Assembly (NCBI GenBank): GCA_001796995.1 | Contig: MGOB01000041.1 | Span: 17,588-55,638 of the forward strand | Length of the DNA stretch: 38,051 bases | Direction: 5' to 3' | Source: Chloroflexi bacterium RBG_16_68_14 | GTDB taxonomy: Bacteria > Chloroflexota > Dehalococcoidia > DSTF01 > RBG-16-68-14 | Shown here: positions 22,222 to 32,027 of the stretch, piece after piece | Layout: each line of letters begins with the position of its first letter | How positions within the stretch are numbered: position 1 is the stretch's first letter | Made by a program: the position numbers and the translations under genes | The notes under the pieces: model-generated | Database searches by the model: none | Seen by the model: the letters and a program-made list of their open reading frames with translations, nothing else | Told to the model about the DNA's origin: nothing

Positions 22222-24995
22222 CGGAGGCAGGGCTCATGCTGAGCGCCCTCGGCCAGAAGGGGAGGGCGCGAGGCGCGTCCTACCGTTCCTGGGAAGACCT
22301 CTACCGCCGGAAGTGGACGTGGGATCGGGTGGTGAAGGGCACCTGCAACCGGGCCGACTGCATCGCCGCCTGTACCCTGAACCTCTTCGTCAAGGACGGC
22401 ATCGTCTGGCGGGAGGAGCAGAACGCCATGTACGCCCAGACCAACGCCTCGGTGCCGGACTTCAACCCCCGCGGCTGCCAGAAGGGCATGGTCTACAGCG
22501 ACCTGATGTACGACGCCACCCGCATCAAGTACCCCTTGCGCCGGGTGGGCGAGCGGGGCTCCGGCAAGTGGGAGCGCATCTCCTGGGAGGAGGCGCTGAC
22601 CGAGATCTCCGACAAGGTCATCGACGTCTGCCTGGAGGACGGGCCGGAGAGCGTCGTCTACGACTTCGGCACCACCAACTTGGACTTCGGGCCCGGCACG
22701 CCGGCCGAGCAGCACCTGTTCCAACTGGTGGGCACCAGCGCGCTGGACGAGTGGGCCGGCGTGGGCGACCTGCCCATGGGCGCCATCCAGACCTGGGGCC
22801 TCTTCAACGCTGACGGCACGTCCGATGACTGGTTCAACGCCGAGACGATCCTGGTCTGGCTGGGCAACCCCGTCTACACCCGGGTGCCGGACGTCCACTA
22901 CATGTGGGAGGCACGCTACAAGGGGGCCCAGATCATCACCATCGCGCCGGACTATAACGCCACCGTCGTCCACTCCGACCTGTGGGTGAACCTCCGGGTC
23001 GGGTCTGACGCCGCCCTCGCCCTGGCCATCTGTCAGGTCATCCTGGAGGAGGGGCTGATCAAGGAACGCTACGTCCAGGAGCAGACGGACCTGCCCTTCC
23101 TGCTGCGGGAGGACACCCGCCGCTTCCTCCGCCAGTCCGACCTCGTCGAAGGCGGCAAGGACAACGTCTTCTACTTCTGGGACCGCGCTACCAATTCGCT
23201 GCGGGAGGCGCCGGGGACGGCCGGCCAGCCAGAGCCGTCCATCGCCCTGGGCGACCTGGACCCCGCCCTGGAGGGCCGGTTCGAGGTGGAGCTCGCCACG
23301 GGCGAGCGGGTCTCCGTGCGCCCCGTCTTCGAGCTGCTGCGGGAGCGCCTGCGGGACTACACGCCGGAGCAGGCCGCCAAGATCACCGGCGTGAGCGCCA
23401 AGGTCATCCGCAGGCTGGCCCACCAGGTTGCGGCCAGCCCGGCGGTGCTGGTCTTCTGCTCGTGGGGCGCCTGCAAGCACTACCACATGGACCTCTTCCA
23501 GCGGGCCATCATCCTCATCCTTGCCCTCACCGGCAACACCGGCAAGCGGGGCGCCGGCATGCGCATCGGCGCCTGGTGGAACATGGCCCTCAGTTACAAC
23601 CGGAACATCGGGCGGATGATAGAGGCGCAGGGTCCCAGCGAGCGTCCGAAGGTGCGGGATCTCGAGGAGATGATGAAGTCGATGATGCGCGCCAACAGCC
23701 CGGTGTCGCCGACCATGGTCTGGCTGTACGCCCACGACGAGGGATACCGGAAGCTGGTCGATACCGACTCCTACCATGACCCCGATCTCCCCCGCCCGGT
23801 GGGAGAATATGTGCGGGAGGCGCTGGACAAGGGCTGGATGCCCCTGTACCCCAAGGAGGGCAAGCCGCCTAGGGTCTTCCTTTACACCGGCATGAACCCG
23901 CTGCGCCGCTGGCCGGCGCCCGACGTCATCCGCGAGAACCTCTGGGCGAAGCTGGAGCTCATCGTCACCTGGGAGTTCCGCATGTCCAGCTCGGCCATGT
24001 ACTCGGACATCATCCTGCCGGCGGCCGGCTGGCACGAAAAGTCCGGCATCAAGTTCTGCCAGAGCTACGTGCCCTACGTCTGCGTGGGCGAGAAGGCGGT
24101 GGAGCCCCTCTACGAGTCCAAGAACGAGTTCGACATCATGGCCCGCCTGGCGGCCACCCTCGAGCGGCGCGCCCGGGAGCGGGAGGAGGGCGAGTACACC
24201 GACGCCTTCGGTCGCGAGCACGACCTGCGGGAGATCGCCCGCCTCTGGAGCTTCGACGGCCAGTTCGGGGAGGGCGACGCCGAGAAGGCGCTGGGCGTGG
24301 CCTTCGAGCTGTCGGAGCCCATCGGCGATGTCACCTGGGAGGAGGCCGCTCGCGCCGGCGCTGTGCGGGTGACCAGCGGCGGCAGCTACGGGCCCATCAC
24401 CGCCATCACCAGCGACGTGCGCGTGGACGAGACGGTCTACCCCTGCGCCTGGTTCGTGGAGGGGAAGGAGCCGTGGCCCACCCTCACCGGCCGCCAGCAG
24501 TTCTACATCGATCACCCCTGGTACTTGGAGTTGGGGGAGGAGCTGCCGATGCACAAGGAGTCGCCGCCGGCCGGCGGCGACTATCCGCTCCGGATGACCG
24601 GCGGCCATACCCGCTGGAGCATCCACGCCATCTTCCGCTCCAACCGCACCCTGCTCCGGCTCCAGCGCGGCGGGCCGGTGATGTACGTCAGCCCGAAGGA
24701 CGCCGCAGCGCGCGGGCTGCAGGACCATGACGTGGCCTGGGTGCAGAACGACGTGGGCGGGTTCAAGGTCCACGTCAAGCTGGCGCCCGGCGTCCAGCCC
24801 GGGCAGGTGGTGATGTACCACGCCTGGGAGCCGTACCAGTTCGAGCGGTGGTCGGGGCAGCAGGCGGTCAACCCTTCGCCGTGGAAGCCCCTCCACCTGG
24901 TGGGCGATTACGGCCAGCTCCAGTACCGCTTCGCCCTGGCCCAGCCCAGCAACATCTCGCGGGCGATGACGGTGGAGCTGACGAAGACGAACTGA
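22218..24995 (+). CDS. Type II DMSO-reductase-family molybdopterin oxidoreductase, catalytic alpha subunit 1 (ethylbenzene/steroid-C25 dehydrogenase-like), no Tat leader
   Basis: Start placed at ATG 22218 (AGGAGG 6 nt upstream; ATGA overlap with the previous stop). Conserved SWEDLYRRKWTWD. FS0 motif C43-x4-C48-x3-C52 plus NPRGCQKG. Putative Mo-ligand Asp184 in GVGDLPMG (GAC at 22767-22769). About 925 aa. Confidence 0.88.
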   Translation: MTEAGLMLSALGQKGRARGASYRSWEDLYRRKWTWDRVVKGTCNRADCIAACTLNLFVKDGIVWREEQNAMYAQTNASVPDFNPRGCQKGMVYSDLMYDATRIKYPLRRVGERGSGKWERISWEEALTEISDKVIDVCLEDGPESVVYDFGTTNLDFGPGTPAEQHLFQLVGTSALDEWAGVGDLPMGAIQTWGLFNADGTSDDWFNAETILVWLGNPVYTRVPDVHYMWEARYKGAQIITIAPDYNATVVHSDLWVNLRVGSDAALALAICQVILEEGLIKERYVQEQTDLPFLLREDTRRFLRQSDLVEGGKDNVFYFWDRATNSLREAPGTAGQPEPSIALGDLDPALEGRFEVELATGERVSVRPVFELLRERLRDYTPEQAAKITGVSAKVIRRLAHQVAASPAVLVFCSWGACKHYHMDLFQRAIILILALTGNTGKRGAGMRIGAWWNMALSYNRNIGRMIEAQGPSERPKVRDLEEMMKSMMRANSPVSPTMVWLYAHDEGYRKLVDTDSYHDPDLPRPVGEYVREALDKGWMPLYPKEGKPPRVFLYTGMNPLRRWPAPDVIRENLWAKLELIVTWEFRMSSSAMYSDIILPAAGWHEKSGIKFCQSYVPYVCVGEKAVEPLYESKNEFDIMARLAATLERRAREREEGEYTDAFGREHDLREIARLWSFDGQFGEGDAEKALGVAFELSEPIGDVTWEEAARAGAVRVTSGGSYGPITAITSDVRVDETVYPCAWFVEGKEPWPTLTGRQQFYIDHPWYLELGEELPMHKESPPAGGDYPLRMTGGHTRWSIHAIFRSNRTLLRLQRGGPVMYVSPKDAAARGLQDHDVAWVQNDVGGFKVHVKLAPGVQPGQVVMYHAWEPYQFERWSGQQAVNPSPWKPLHLVGDYGQLQYRFALAQPSNISRAMTVELTKTN

Positions 24996-25010
24996 GAAAG
25001 GAGCACAGTC

Positions 25011-25661
25011 ATGCTGGTAAAGCGCGTCGACGCCAAGAAGGAGGAGCTGCTGGACCCGGCTGGCGCCGCCTGGCGCAAGAGCCGCGGTAGCAAGGTGGTC
25101 CTTTCGCCCACTCCCCTGGACATACAGCCGACGGAGTACGTCCGCGTCTCCTGGCGGGGACGCCCCTACGGCAAGGTCCCCAGCATGCGGGTGAGCGCCC
25201 TCCACAACGGCCGCGACATCTTCTTCCGCCTGGTGTGGGAGGACGATTCCGCGGACAGCAAGATCGCCGATACCAACCAGTTCGTGGACGCCGTCGCCGT
25301 GCTCTTCCCGATTGCCGCTGACGCCCCCCTCATCGGCATGGGGATCAAGGGGAAGCCGGTGAACGCCTGGTTCTGGCGCGCCGACTGGGAGCAACCGAAG
25401 AACGTGGCCGCCGAGGGCATGGGCACGACACAGCGTCGCGATGACCCCGCCCTCGCCGCCAAGGCACGGCACACGCGCGGCCAGTGGGACGTGGTCATCT
25501 CGCGCTCGCTGAACGGGAAGCGGGCGCCCAAGGGCACGGCGACCTTGCAGGCGGGCACGATATCCAAGATCGCCTTCGCCATCTGGCAGGGCGCCAACCA
25601 GGAGCGGGCCGGCATCAAGGCCTTCTCTCTGGACTGGCAGGAGCTACAGATCGAGGCGTAA
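25011..25661 (+). CDS. Heme-b gamma subunit (EB_dh / ethylbenzene-dehydrogenase gamma-like domain), no signal peptide
   Basis: 216 aa. MRVSALHNGRDIFFRLVWEDDSAD...DAVAVLFPIAADAPLIGMGIKGKPVNAWFWRADWE matches the EbdC/SerC/DdhC-type domain pattern, including the MG heme-ligand context. Confidence 0.75.
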   Translation: MLVKRVDAKKEELLDPAGAAWRKSRGSKVVLSPTPLDIQPTEYVRVSWRGRPYGKVPSMRVSALHNGRDIFFRLVWEDDSADSKIADTNQFVDAVAVLFPIAADAPLIGMGIKGKPVNAWFWRADWEQPKNVAAEGMGTTQRRDDPALAAKARHTRGQWDVVISRSLNGKRAPKGTATLQAGTISKIAFAIWQGANQERAGIKAFSLDWQELQIEA

Positions 25662-25679
25662 TAGAAAGCGAGGCTCCCC

Positions 25680-26744
25680 ATGGCTGAGCAGCAAGTTCAA
25701 CGGCAGGTGGCCTTCGTCTTCGACCTGAACAAGTGCCTGGGCTGCCAGACCTGCACCATCTCCTGTAAGACCCTCTGGACCGACCAGCCCGGCATGGAGT
25801 ACATGTGGTGGAACATCGTCAACACCATGCCCGGTCGGGGCACGCCCCGCGACCGCGACCAAATGGGCGGCGGCTTCGATGCGGGAGGGAACGCCCGGCC
25901 CGGCGTCCTGCCCAGCGCCGCTGACTTCGGCGAGGCCTGGGAGTTCAACTATGACGAGGTGTTCTACGGCGGCAAGGGCCAGTCCGCCTACCTCCACCCC
26001 CGTCGGCCGGGCACCAACGGCGTAGCGGAGGCACCGGACTGGGGCCCCAACTGGGACGAAGACCAGGGCGCCGGCGAGTACCCCAACAGCTACTACTTCT
26101 ACCTGCCCACCATCTGCATGCACTGCGCTAACCCCGCCTGCCTGGCGGCCTGCCCCCGCCAGGCCATCTTCAAGCGGGAGGAGGACGGCATCGTCCTCAT
26201 CGACGAGGAGCGGTGCGACGGCTATCGCTTCTGCATGGAGGCCTGCCCGTACAAGCGCATCTATTTCAACCAGCCCCGCTCCATCTCCCAGAAGTGCGTG
26301 GCGTGCTTCGCCCGGCTGGAGCAGGGCGTGGCCCCCGCCTGCGTCCGTCAGTGCCCCGGCCGCGTCCGCCACTTCGGCTACCTGGACGACCCGGAGAGCG
26401 ACGTACACAAGCTGGTGGAGGTGTGGAAGGTGGCGCTGCGGCTCCACCCGGAGTGGGGGACCAAGCCCAACGTCTACTACGTGCCTCCCCTCTCCCCTTA
26501 CCGCTTCGACGAGAACGGCGACATCGACGAAGCGAACTCGCGCATCCCGATGGAGTACCTGCGCTCCCTCTTCGGCCTGGAGGTGGATGGCGTCCTGGCC
26601 ACCCTCAAGGAGGAGATGGCCAAGGCGCGCCGCGGCGAGCGGTCAGAGCTGATGGACATCCTCATCGCCTACCGCTGGCAAGACATGTTCAAGCCCTTCG
26701 TCCAGGATCCGGGCGAGCTGGAGCGCCCACCGGTGAAAGCATGA
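25680..26744 (+). CDS. Fe-S beta subunit 1 (NarH/EbdB-like, four Cys clusters)
   Basis: 354 aa. Contains CLGCQTCTISCK, CMHCANPACLAACP, CDGYRFCMEACPYKRIYFN and CVACFARLEQGVAPACVRQCP. Confidence 0.92.
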   Translation: MAEQQVQRQVAFVFDLNKCLGCQTCTISCKTLWTDQPGMEYMWWNIVNTMPGRGTPRDRDQMGGGFDAGGNARPGVLPSAADFGEAWEFNYDEVFYGGKGQSAYLHPRRPGTNGVAEAPDWGPNWDEDQGAGEYPNSYYFYLPTICMHCANPACLAACPRQAIFKREEDGIVLIDEERCDGYRFCMEACPYKRIYFNQPRSISQKCVACFARLEQGVAPACVRQCPGRVRHFGYLDDPESDVHKLVEVWKVALRLHPEWGTKPNVYYVPPLSPYRFDENGDIDEANSRIPMEYLRSLFGLEVDGVLATLKEEMAKARRGERSELMDILIAYRWQDMFKPFVQDPGELERPPVKA

Positions 26745-27406
26745 TGCGCGTCGAGGGATTGACCACGGCAGAGCAGACCGAGGCGGCCGCCCGCAGCCAG
26801 CTCTACCGGCTGCTGGCCAACGGCTTCGCCTTCCCCGACCGCGCCTTCTTCGCCGCCCTCGGCAACGGCAGCTATCGACGAGAGGTGGAGGAAACGGCGC
26901 AGGCGCTGCCCTACGCCCTCGATTGCACCCCGGACGGCCTCGGGGCGTCCGGGCAGTACGTCGACTTCCAGGCGGAGTACCTCCGCCTGTTCGAGGCGGC
27001 GATGGGCATGCCGCCCTGCCCCCTCTACAGCGGCCTCTACCGGGGCGGCCGCAAGGCGGTGATGGAGGAGCTGACCCGCTTCTACAACTTCTTCGGGCTC
27101 TCCGTGGAGCAGGGCGCCGGGGAGCTGCCGGACCACCTGACCATGGAGCTGGAGTTCATGCACTTCCTCACCTTCAAAGAGCTGGTCGCCGTCCATGGGG
27201 GCGGGGATCCAGCGCCCTACCGGCGCGCCCAGGGCGACTTCCTCGAGCGGCAGCTCACATCCTGGTTGCCAAAGCTGGAGGAGCGGCTGGAGAGGCTGTC
27301 GCCGCCACCTTTCTATGCTGCGCTGGCCTCTCTCACCAGCGCGCTCACCCACCTGGAGCACGCCTATGTGCGCGAGCTGACCTCGGCGGTCCTAGAAGGA
27401 ACGTGA
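26741..27406 (+). CDS. TorD/NarJ-family redox-enzyme maturation chaperone (delta subunit)
   Basis: Start placed at ATG 26741 (ATGA overlap with the beta1 stop). MMRVEGLTTAEQ...AEYLRLFEAAMGMPPCPLYSGLY...ELPDHLTMELEFMHFL is the NarJ/TorD signature. The longer track ORF from 26213 overlaps beta1 and is unlikely. Confidence 0.8.
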   Translation: MMRVEGLTTAEQTEAAARSQLYRLLANGFAFPDRAFFAALGNGSYRREVEETAQALPYALDCTPDGLGASGQYVDFQAEYLRLFEAAMGMPPCPLYSGLYRGGRKAVMEELTRFYNFFGLSVEQGAGELPDHLTMELEFMHFLTFKELVAVHGGGDPAPYRRAQGDFLERQLTSWLPKLEERLERLSPPPFYAALASLTSALTHLEHAYVRELTSAVLEGT

Positions 27407-27409
27407 GCA

Positions 27410-28525
27410 ATGCCAGCCGTCATCTGCGTTGTGGGCCAGAAGAACGTAGGGAAGACGGCGCTCATCGAGCGCCTCCTGCCGGAGCTGGTCGCCCGCGGCC
27501 GCCGGGTGGCCACCATTAAGCACGACGCCCACGACTTCGAGATCGATATCCCCGGCAAGGACACCTGGCGCCATCGCCAGGCGGGGAGCCGCACCACCAT
27601 CATCGCCTCCTCCTCTAAGGTCGCCATGGTGCGGCTGATGGAGCGGGAGGCGGAGTTGGAGGAGTTGCTCCGGCTGGTGGAGCCCTCCTACGACCTGGTG
27701 CTCATCGAGGGGTTCCGGCGGAGCCCGCTGCCCAAGATCCTCATCCACCGGCCTGAGGCGGGGAAGGAGTCGCCGGCTATCCTCGGCGACGTGTGGGCCG
27801 TCGTTACCGAGGAGGAGACCGACATCGCAAGGAGCGCGCCCCGGTTCCGGCCCGATGACGTGGCCGGCCTGGTCGACCTCATCGAGCAGCGGCTCTTGGG
27901 CGGGCCGGCCCAGGCGTCCGCCTGGAACCTGCCGGCGCTGCTGGCGGAGGCCGGTCGACAGCACGGCCACCTCTGCCCGGGCCAGGTCTTGGGGGTGCGC
28001 ATGGCCATCCTGGGCTGCGAACGGCTCGGCATCCCCGACCCCAAGTCGTCCAAGCGGGTGGTCGTTTTCGTGGAGACCGACCGCTGCGGCGCCGATGCTG
28101 TCCAGACGGTCACCGGCTGCACCCTGGGCAAGCGCACGCTGAAGTTCATGGACTACGGCAAGCTGGCGGCCACGTTCCTCGATACCAAGACGGGCCGGGC
28201 GGTGCGCATCTGCGCCCGCGAGAGCGCCCGAGAGGCCGCCCAGCGCTTCGCGCCCGAGGAGCCGGACCCCCACCGGGCCCAGCTCCGCGCCTACAAGGCC
28301 CTCCCGGACGACGAGCTGTTCACCGTCCAGGAGGTGCGCGTGGAGCTGAGCGAGACAGACCTGCCCGGCCGCCCGCGCCGTCGGGTGACCTGCGAGCGCT
28401 GCGGCGAGGCGGTCAGCGACGCCCGCGAGGTGTCCGCGGGCGGCCGGACGCTCTGCCGGGCGTGCGCGGGCGGCTCCTACTACGCGCCCATCCAGGAGCG
28501 GGTGCGGAAGGAGGCCCGGTCATGA
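27410..28525 (+). CDS. Fusion protein: MobB (molybdopterin-guanine dinucleotide biosynthesis adapter, P-loop) + FmdE-like domain + C-terminal zinc ribbon
   Basis: 371 aa. The N-terminal half, [19 protein letters not shown]...[22 protein letters not shown]...LVLIEGF, is MobB. The C-terminal half, [15 protein letters not shown]...[36 protein letters not shown], is the FmdE family. It ends in CERCGEAV...CRAC. Confidence 0.8.
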   Translation: MPAVICVVGQKNVGKTALIERLLPELVARGRRVATIKHDAHDFEIDIPGKDTWRHRQAGSRTTIIASSSKVAMVRLMEREAELEELLRLVEPSYDLVLIEGFRRSPLPKILIHRPEAGKESPAILGDVWAVVTEEETDIARSAPRFRPDDVAGLVDLIEQRLLGGPAQASAWNLPALLAEAGRQHGHLCPGQVLGVRMAILGCERLGIPDPKSSKRVVVFVETDRCGADAVQTVTGCTLGKRTLKFMDYGKLAATFLDTKTGRAVRICARESAREAAQRFAPEEPDPHRAQLRAYKALPDDELFTVQEVRVELSETDLPGRPRRRVTCERCGEAVSDAREVSAGGRTLCRACAGGSYYAPIQERVRKEARS

Positions 28526-29178
28526 CGCGTGAGGTCATCGGCGCGGTGCTCGCCGGCGGACGTGGGCGTCGTATCGGCGGCGACAAGCCGTCGCTGGAGG
28601 TCGCCGGGCAGACGCTGGTGCGCCACGCCGTGGATGCCCTGCGTCTGGCGGGGCTGGACATCGCCCTGGTGCTCCGGCCCGGCCAGCCGGTACCCCTTAC
28701 CAGCCACACGGTGGCCGTCATCCGGGACGAGGTGGAGGACACCGGGCCCCTGGGCGGTCTCCACGCCCTCCTGCGCTGGCTGCCGGTCGAGTGGGCGCTG
28801 GTCGCGCCCTGCGATCAGCCCTTCCTGGCGCCGGAGCTGCTGCGAGGGCTGCTGACGGAGCCCAGGGACGATGTGGAGGTCATCGTTGGGCGGCCCGGAG
28901 ACCTCTTAGAACCGCTGCCCGGCCTCTATCGCCGCACCTGCCTGCGCGCCGTCGAAGAGGCGCTGGCCCGCCCCGGGCGGGAGCGCAGCCTGGGCGAGCT
29001 CCTCTCCTCGCTGCGGGTGCAGGCCGTACCGAAGGAGGCGCTGCGCCGTTGGGACGCCGAGCTCCTCTCCTACGTGAACGTCAATACGCCGGCCGACCTG
29101 GCGCGGGCCCGCGCCATCGTCGCCTCGGCCGGTGCGGAACATCGAGCGTCTGAACAGTTCGTGGGTCAGCGGAGGTGA
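28522..29178 (+). CDS. mobA: Molybdenum cofactor guanylyltransferase
   Basis: Start placed at ATG 28522 (ATGA overlap). [31 protein letters not shown] and APCDQPFL are the MobA motifs. About 218 aa. Confidence 0.88.
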   Translation: MTREVIGAVLAGGRGRRIGGDKPSLEVAGQTLVRHAVDALRLAGLDIALVLRPGQPVPLTSHTVAVIRDEVEDTGPLGGLHALLRWLPVEWALVAPCDQPFLAPELLRGLLTEPRDDVEVIVGRPGDLLEPLPGLYRRTCLRAVEEALARPGRERSLGELLSSLRVQAVPKEALRRWDAELLSYVNVNTPADLARARAIVASAGAEHRASEQFVGQRR

Positions 29179-29181
29179 GCC

Positions 29182-32013
29182 ATGCCTGCTCGAACGAGAA
29201 GCACGACGAACGGGGGTGCAACGGAAGACCGCTACCGCCAGCGCTGGCGCTGGGACAGCGTCGCCTGGGGTAGCCACTGCGTGGACTGCTACCCCAGCAA
29301 CTGTCCCCACCGCGTCTACGTCCGCGACGGCAAGGTGGTGCGCGAGGAGCAGGCGGGCACCTTCCCCACCATCGAGCGGGACGTGCCGGACATGAACCCC
29401 GCCGGCTGCCAGAAGGGCGCCATGTGGAGCCAGATGCTCTACGGCCAGGAGCGCGTCCTCTACCCGCTGAAGCGTGTGGGGGCCCGCGGCTCGGGCAAGT
29501 GGCGGCGGGTCTCCTGGAACGAGGCGCTGACCGACATCGCCGACAAGCTCATCGACGCCATCCAGGAGGTGGGCCCGGAGTCCATCATCCGCATCGGCGA
29601 GCCGGCGGAGGGCGGCACCCAGGCGCTCATCTGCGGGGGCGCCATCGTCGGCCGGCTGGGTGGCATCACCACCGACGTCCAAGCGGAGATCAACGACTTC
29701 AGCCCCGGCCTCTATGTCACCTACGGCAAGTTCGACCCGGCCGCCAGCGTGGACGACTGGTTCCACTCTGAGCTGGTCCTCATCTGGCACTGCAACCCCA
29801 TCTACACCAACATCCCCTGGTACCACTTCGTGGCCGAGGCCCGCTACAACGGCGGGGAGGTCGCCCTCATCGCGCCCGACTACAGCCCCTCCGCCCTCCA
29901 CGCGGACATCTTCGCCCCGGTGCGGGTGGGCACCGACGCGGCGCTGGCCCTGGGGATGTGCCAGTTCCTCATCCAGGAGGGGCTCTACCACGCCGGCTTC
30001 GTCAAGGAGCAGACCGACCTGTCGCTGCTGGTGCAGCTGGATAACCAGCGCTTCCTCCGCGCCAAGGACGTGGACGGCGGCCGGGACGACCAGTTCTACT
30101 GGTTCGATACGAAGACCCAGCGCATCGTCGAGGCGCCCAGAGGCACCCTTGCCCTGGGGAACGTGGACCCGGCGCTGGAAGGGGAGTTCCAGGCCACCCT
30201 GGCCGACGGCTCCAAGGTACGGGTGACGCCGGTCTTCGCCCTGCTGCGCAAGCTGCTGGACCGCCACTACACGCCGGAGAAGGCCTCCAAGATCTGTGGC
30301 GTCCACCCGGACGTGATGCGGCGCATCGCGCGCACGGCGGCCCGCAAGCGCACCCGCATCCTCATGGGCTGGAACTCCGGCAAGTATTACCACGGCGACC
30401 TGATGGAACGGTCCATGGCCCTCTTCCTGGCCCTCACCGGCAACTGGGGCAAGAAGGGCACCGGCGCCCGCTCCTGGGCGGTGGGCATGTTCGAGGGGAT
30501 GTTCTCCACCCTGGCCAAGCCCAAGGCCGGCCCCGAGGCCGCCCGCCAGGTCTTCGAGATGCAGGACCAGATGATGGCCGTCCTCAAGGCGGAAGACCCC
30601 ACCATGACCGATGAGATCGCCGTGGCCGAGGCGGGCTACCGCGGCGCCCGCATGGGCGGCATGGTCCCCGCCGTCTTCTTCTGGTACTACCACTGCGGCT
30701 ACCGGGAGCGCTGGAACAAGAAGGAGTGGAACGACCCCAGCATGAAGCGCCCCTTCGATGACTACATCCGCGAGGGGATCGAGCGCGGCTGGTGGGAGGG
30801 CTTCCGCACGCCGGACGAGAAGACGCCGCCCCAGGTGATCTTCGAGATCGGCAGCAACGTGCTGCGCCGGAGCCGGGGCGGCCAGGACATCATGGTGCGC
30901 AACCTGTGGCCCAACCTTAAGCTCATCGTCACCATGGACTGGCGGATGAACACCACCGGTCTCTACTCGGACTACATCCTCCCGACGTCTCAGCACTACG
31001 AAAAGACCAACTTCTGCTATACCACGCCCCATGTCATGAACCTGACTCTCTCGGACAGGGCGGTGGCGCCGCTTGGCCAGGCCATGTCCGAATGGCAGAT
31101 CACCCTCGCCCTGGCCAAGAAGATCGAGCAGCGGGCCAAGGCGCGCAAGTTCCTCGAGTACCAGACCCGTGGCATGGCCATCCGCCTGGACAACGTCTAC
31201 GACACCCTCACCAAGGACGGGGCGCTGGCGGATGACGACCGGCTGATGGACGAGATGGTGCGCGACAGCGCCATCGCCGGCGTGCTGCCGAGGGGGACGA
31301 ACCTGGAGACGTTGCGCAAGAAGGGCTTCGTCCGCTTTATCAACTGGGGCCTGAGCTCCATGGCCCTGGCCCAGGCATCGGACCTGAGGTCGGACGAGGC
31401 CCACGCCCCCTTCCGCTGGCACACGGAGAAGAAGCTGCCCTTCCCCACCCTCACCCGCCGCGCCCAGTTCTACATCGACCACGACTGGTTCCTGGAGGCG
31501 GGCGAGGAGCTGCCGGTGCATAAGGAGACGCCCAAGCAGGGCGGCGACTACCCCTTCGTCCTCACCTCCGGCCACCCGCGCTGGAGCATCCACTCCATGA
31601 ACATGACCAACCGGATCATCCTGGAGACGCACCGGGGCCACCCCTTCATGTCCATGAACCCGAAGGACGCCCGCGCCCGCGGCATCGAGGACGACGAGGA
31701 GGTGCGGGTGTACAACGATGTCTCCTCCATCCAGATAGCGGTGAAGATCTCAGCGCTCGTCCGCCCCGGCCAGCTCATCATCTACAACGGCTGGGAGCCC
31801 TACCAGTTCCGCCAGTGGAAGGGCGCAGAGAACGTGGAGCCCGGCATGGTCAAGTGGCTGCACCTGGCGGGCGGCTACGGCCACCTCCGGTACCGCGGCA
31901 TCCACTGGCAGCCGGTGCCCATCGACCGCGCCATCCACCTGGATGTCGAGAAGATCCGTCCGAAGTCCAAGGCGAAGGCCGCCGCCAAGGCGGGCCGTCG
32001 CCGCCAGCGCTAG
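29182..32013 (+). CDS. Type II DMSO-reductase-family catalytic alpha subunit 2 (ethylbenzene/steroid-C25 dehydrogenase-like), no Tat leader
   Basis: 943 aa. SD GGAGGTG upstream. EDRYRQRWRWD. FS0 motif H32-x3-C36-x4-C41 plus NPAGCQKG. Putative Mo-ligand Asp172 in EINDFSPG (GAC at 29695-29697). Lys/Ala/Arg-rich C-terminal tail. Confidence 0.88.
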   Translation: MPARTRSTTNGGATEDRYRQRWRWDSVAWGSHCVDCYPSNCPHRVYVRDGKVVREEQAGTFPTIERDVPDMNPAGCQKGAMWSQMLYGQERVLYPLKRVGARGSGKWRRVSWNEALTDIADKLIDAIQEVGPESIIRIGEPAEGGTQALICGGAIVGRLGGITTDVQAEINDFSPGLYVTYGKFDPAASVDDWFHSELVLIWHCNPIYTNIPWYHFVAEARYNGGEVALIAPDYSPSALHADIFAPVRVGTDAALALGMCQFLIQEGLYHAGFVKEQTDLSLLVQLDNQRFLRAKDVDGGRDDQFYWFDTKTQRIVEAPRGTLALGNVDPALEGEFQATLADGSKVRVTPVFALLRKLLDRHYTPEKASKICGVHPDVMRRIARTAARKRTRILMGWNSGKYYHGDLMERSMALFLALTGNWGKKGTGARSWAVGMFEGMFSTLAKPKAGPEAARQVFEMQDQMMAVLKAEDPTMTDEIAVAEAGYRGARMGGMVPAVFFWYYHCGYRERWNKKEWNDPSMKRPFDDYIREGIERGWWEGFRTPDEKTPPQVIFEIGSNVLRRSRGGQDIMVRNLWPNLKLIVTMDWRMNTTGLYSDYILPTSQHYEKTNFCYTTPHVMNLTLSDRAVAPLGQAMSEWQITLALAKKIEQRAKARKFLEYQTRGMAIRLDNVYDTLTKDGALADDDRLMDEMVRDSAIAGVLPRGTNLETLRKKGFVRFINWGLSSMALAQASDLRSDEAHAPFRWHTEKKLPFPTLTRRAQFYIDHDWFLEAGEELPVHKETPKQGGDYPFVLTSGHPRWSIHSMNMTNRIILETHRGHPFMSMNPKDARARGIEDDEEVRVYNDVSSIQIAVKISALVRPGQLIIYNGWEPYQFRQWKGAENVEPGMVKWLHLAGGYGHLRYRGIHWQPVPIDRAIHLDVEKIRPKSKAKAAAKAGRRRQR

Positions 32014-32027
32014 CGAGGAGGTCTGTC

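Noticed and set aside
22197-25472. Very long antisense or alternative-frame ORFs. Examples: 22197..25472 (-), 1091 aa; 28906..31641 (-), 911 aa; 15672..17759 (+), 695 aa; 19797..21548 (-); 18000..19586 (-); 9346..10923 (+); 8400..9593 (+); 33178..34686 (-); 34765..36084 (-).
   Set aside because: They lie opposite to, or out of frame with, genes that have clear family signatures. Their translations are Arg/Gly/Pro/Ala/His-rich and low in complexity with no recognisable motifs. This is the usual stop-codon-poor shadow of high-GC coding DNA.
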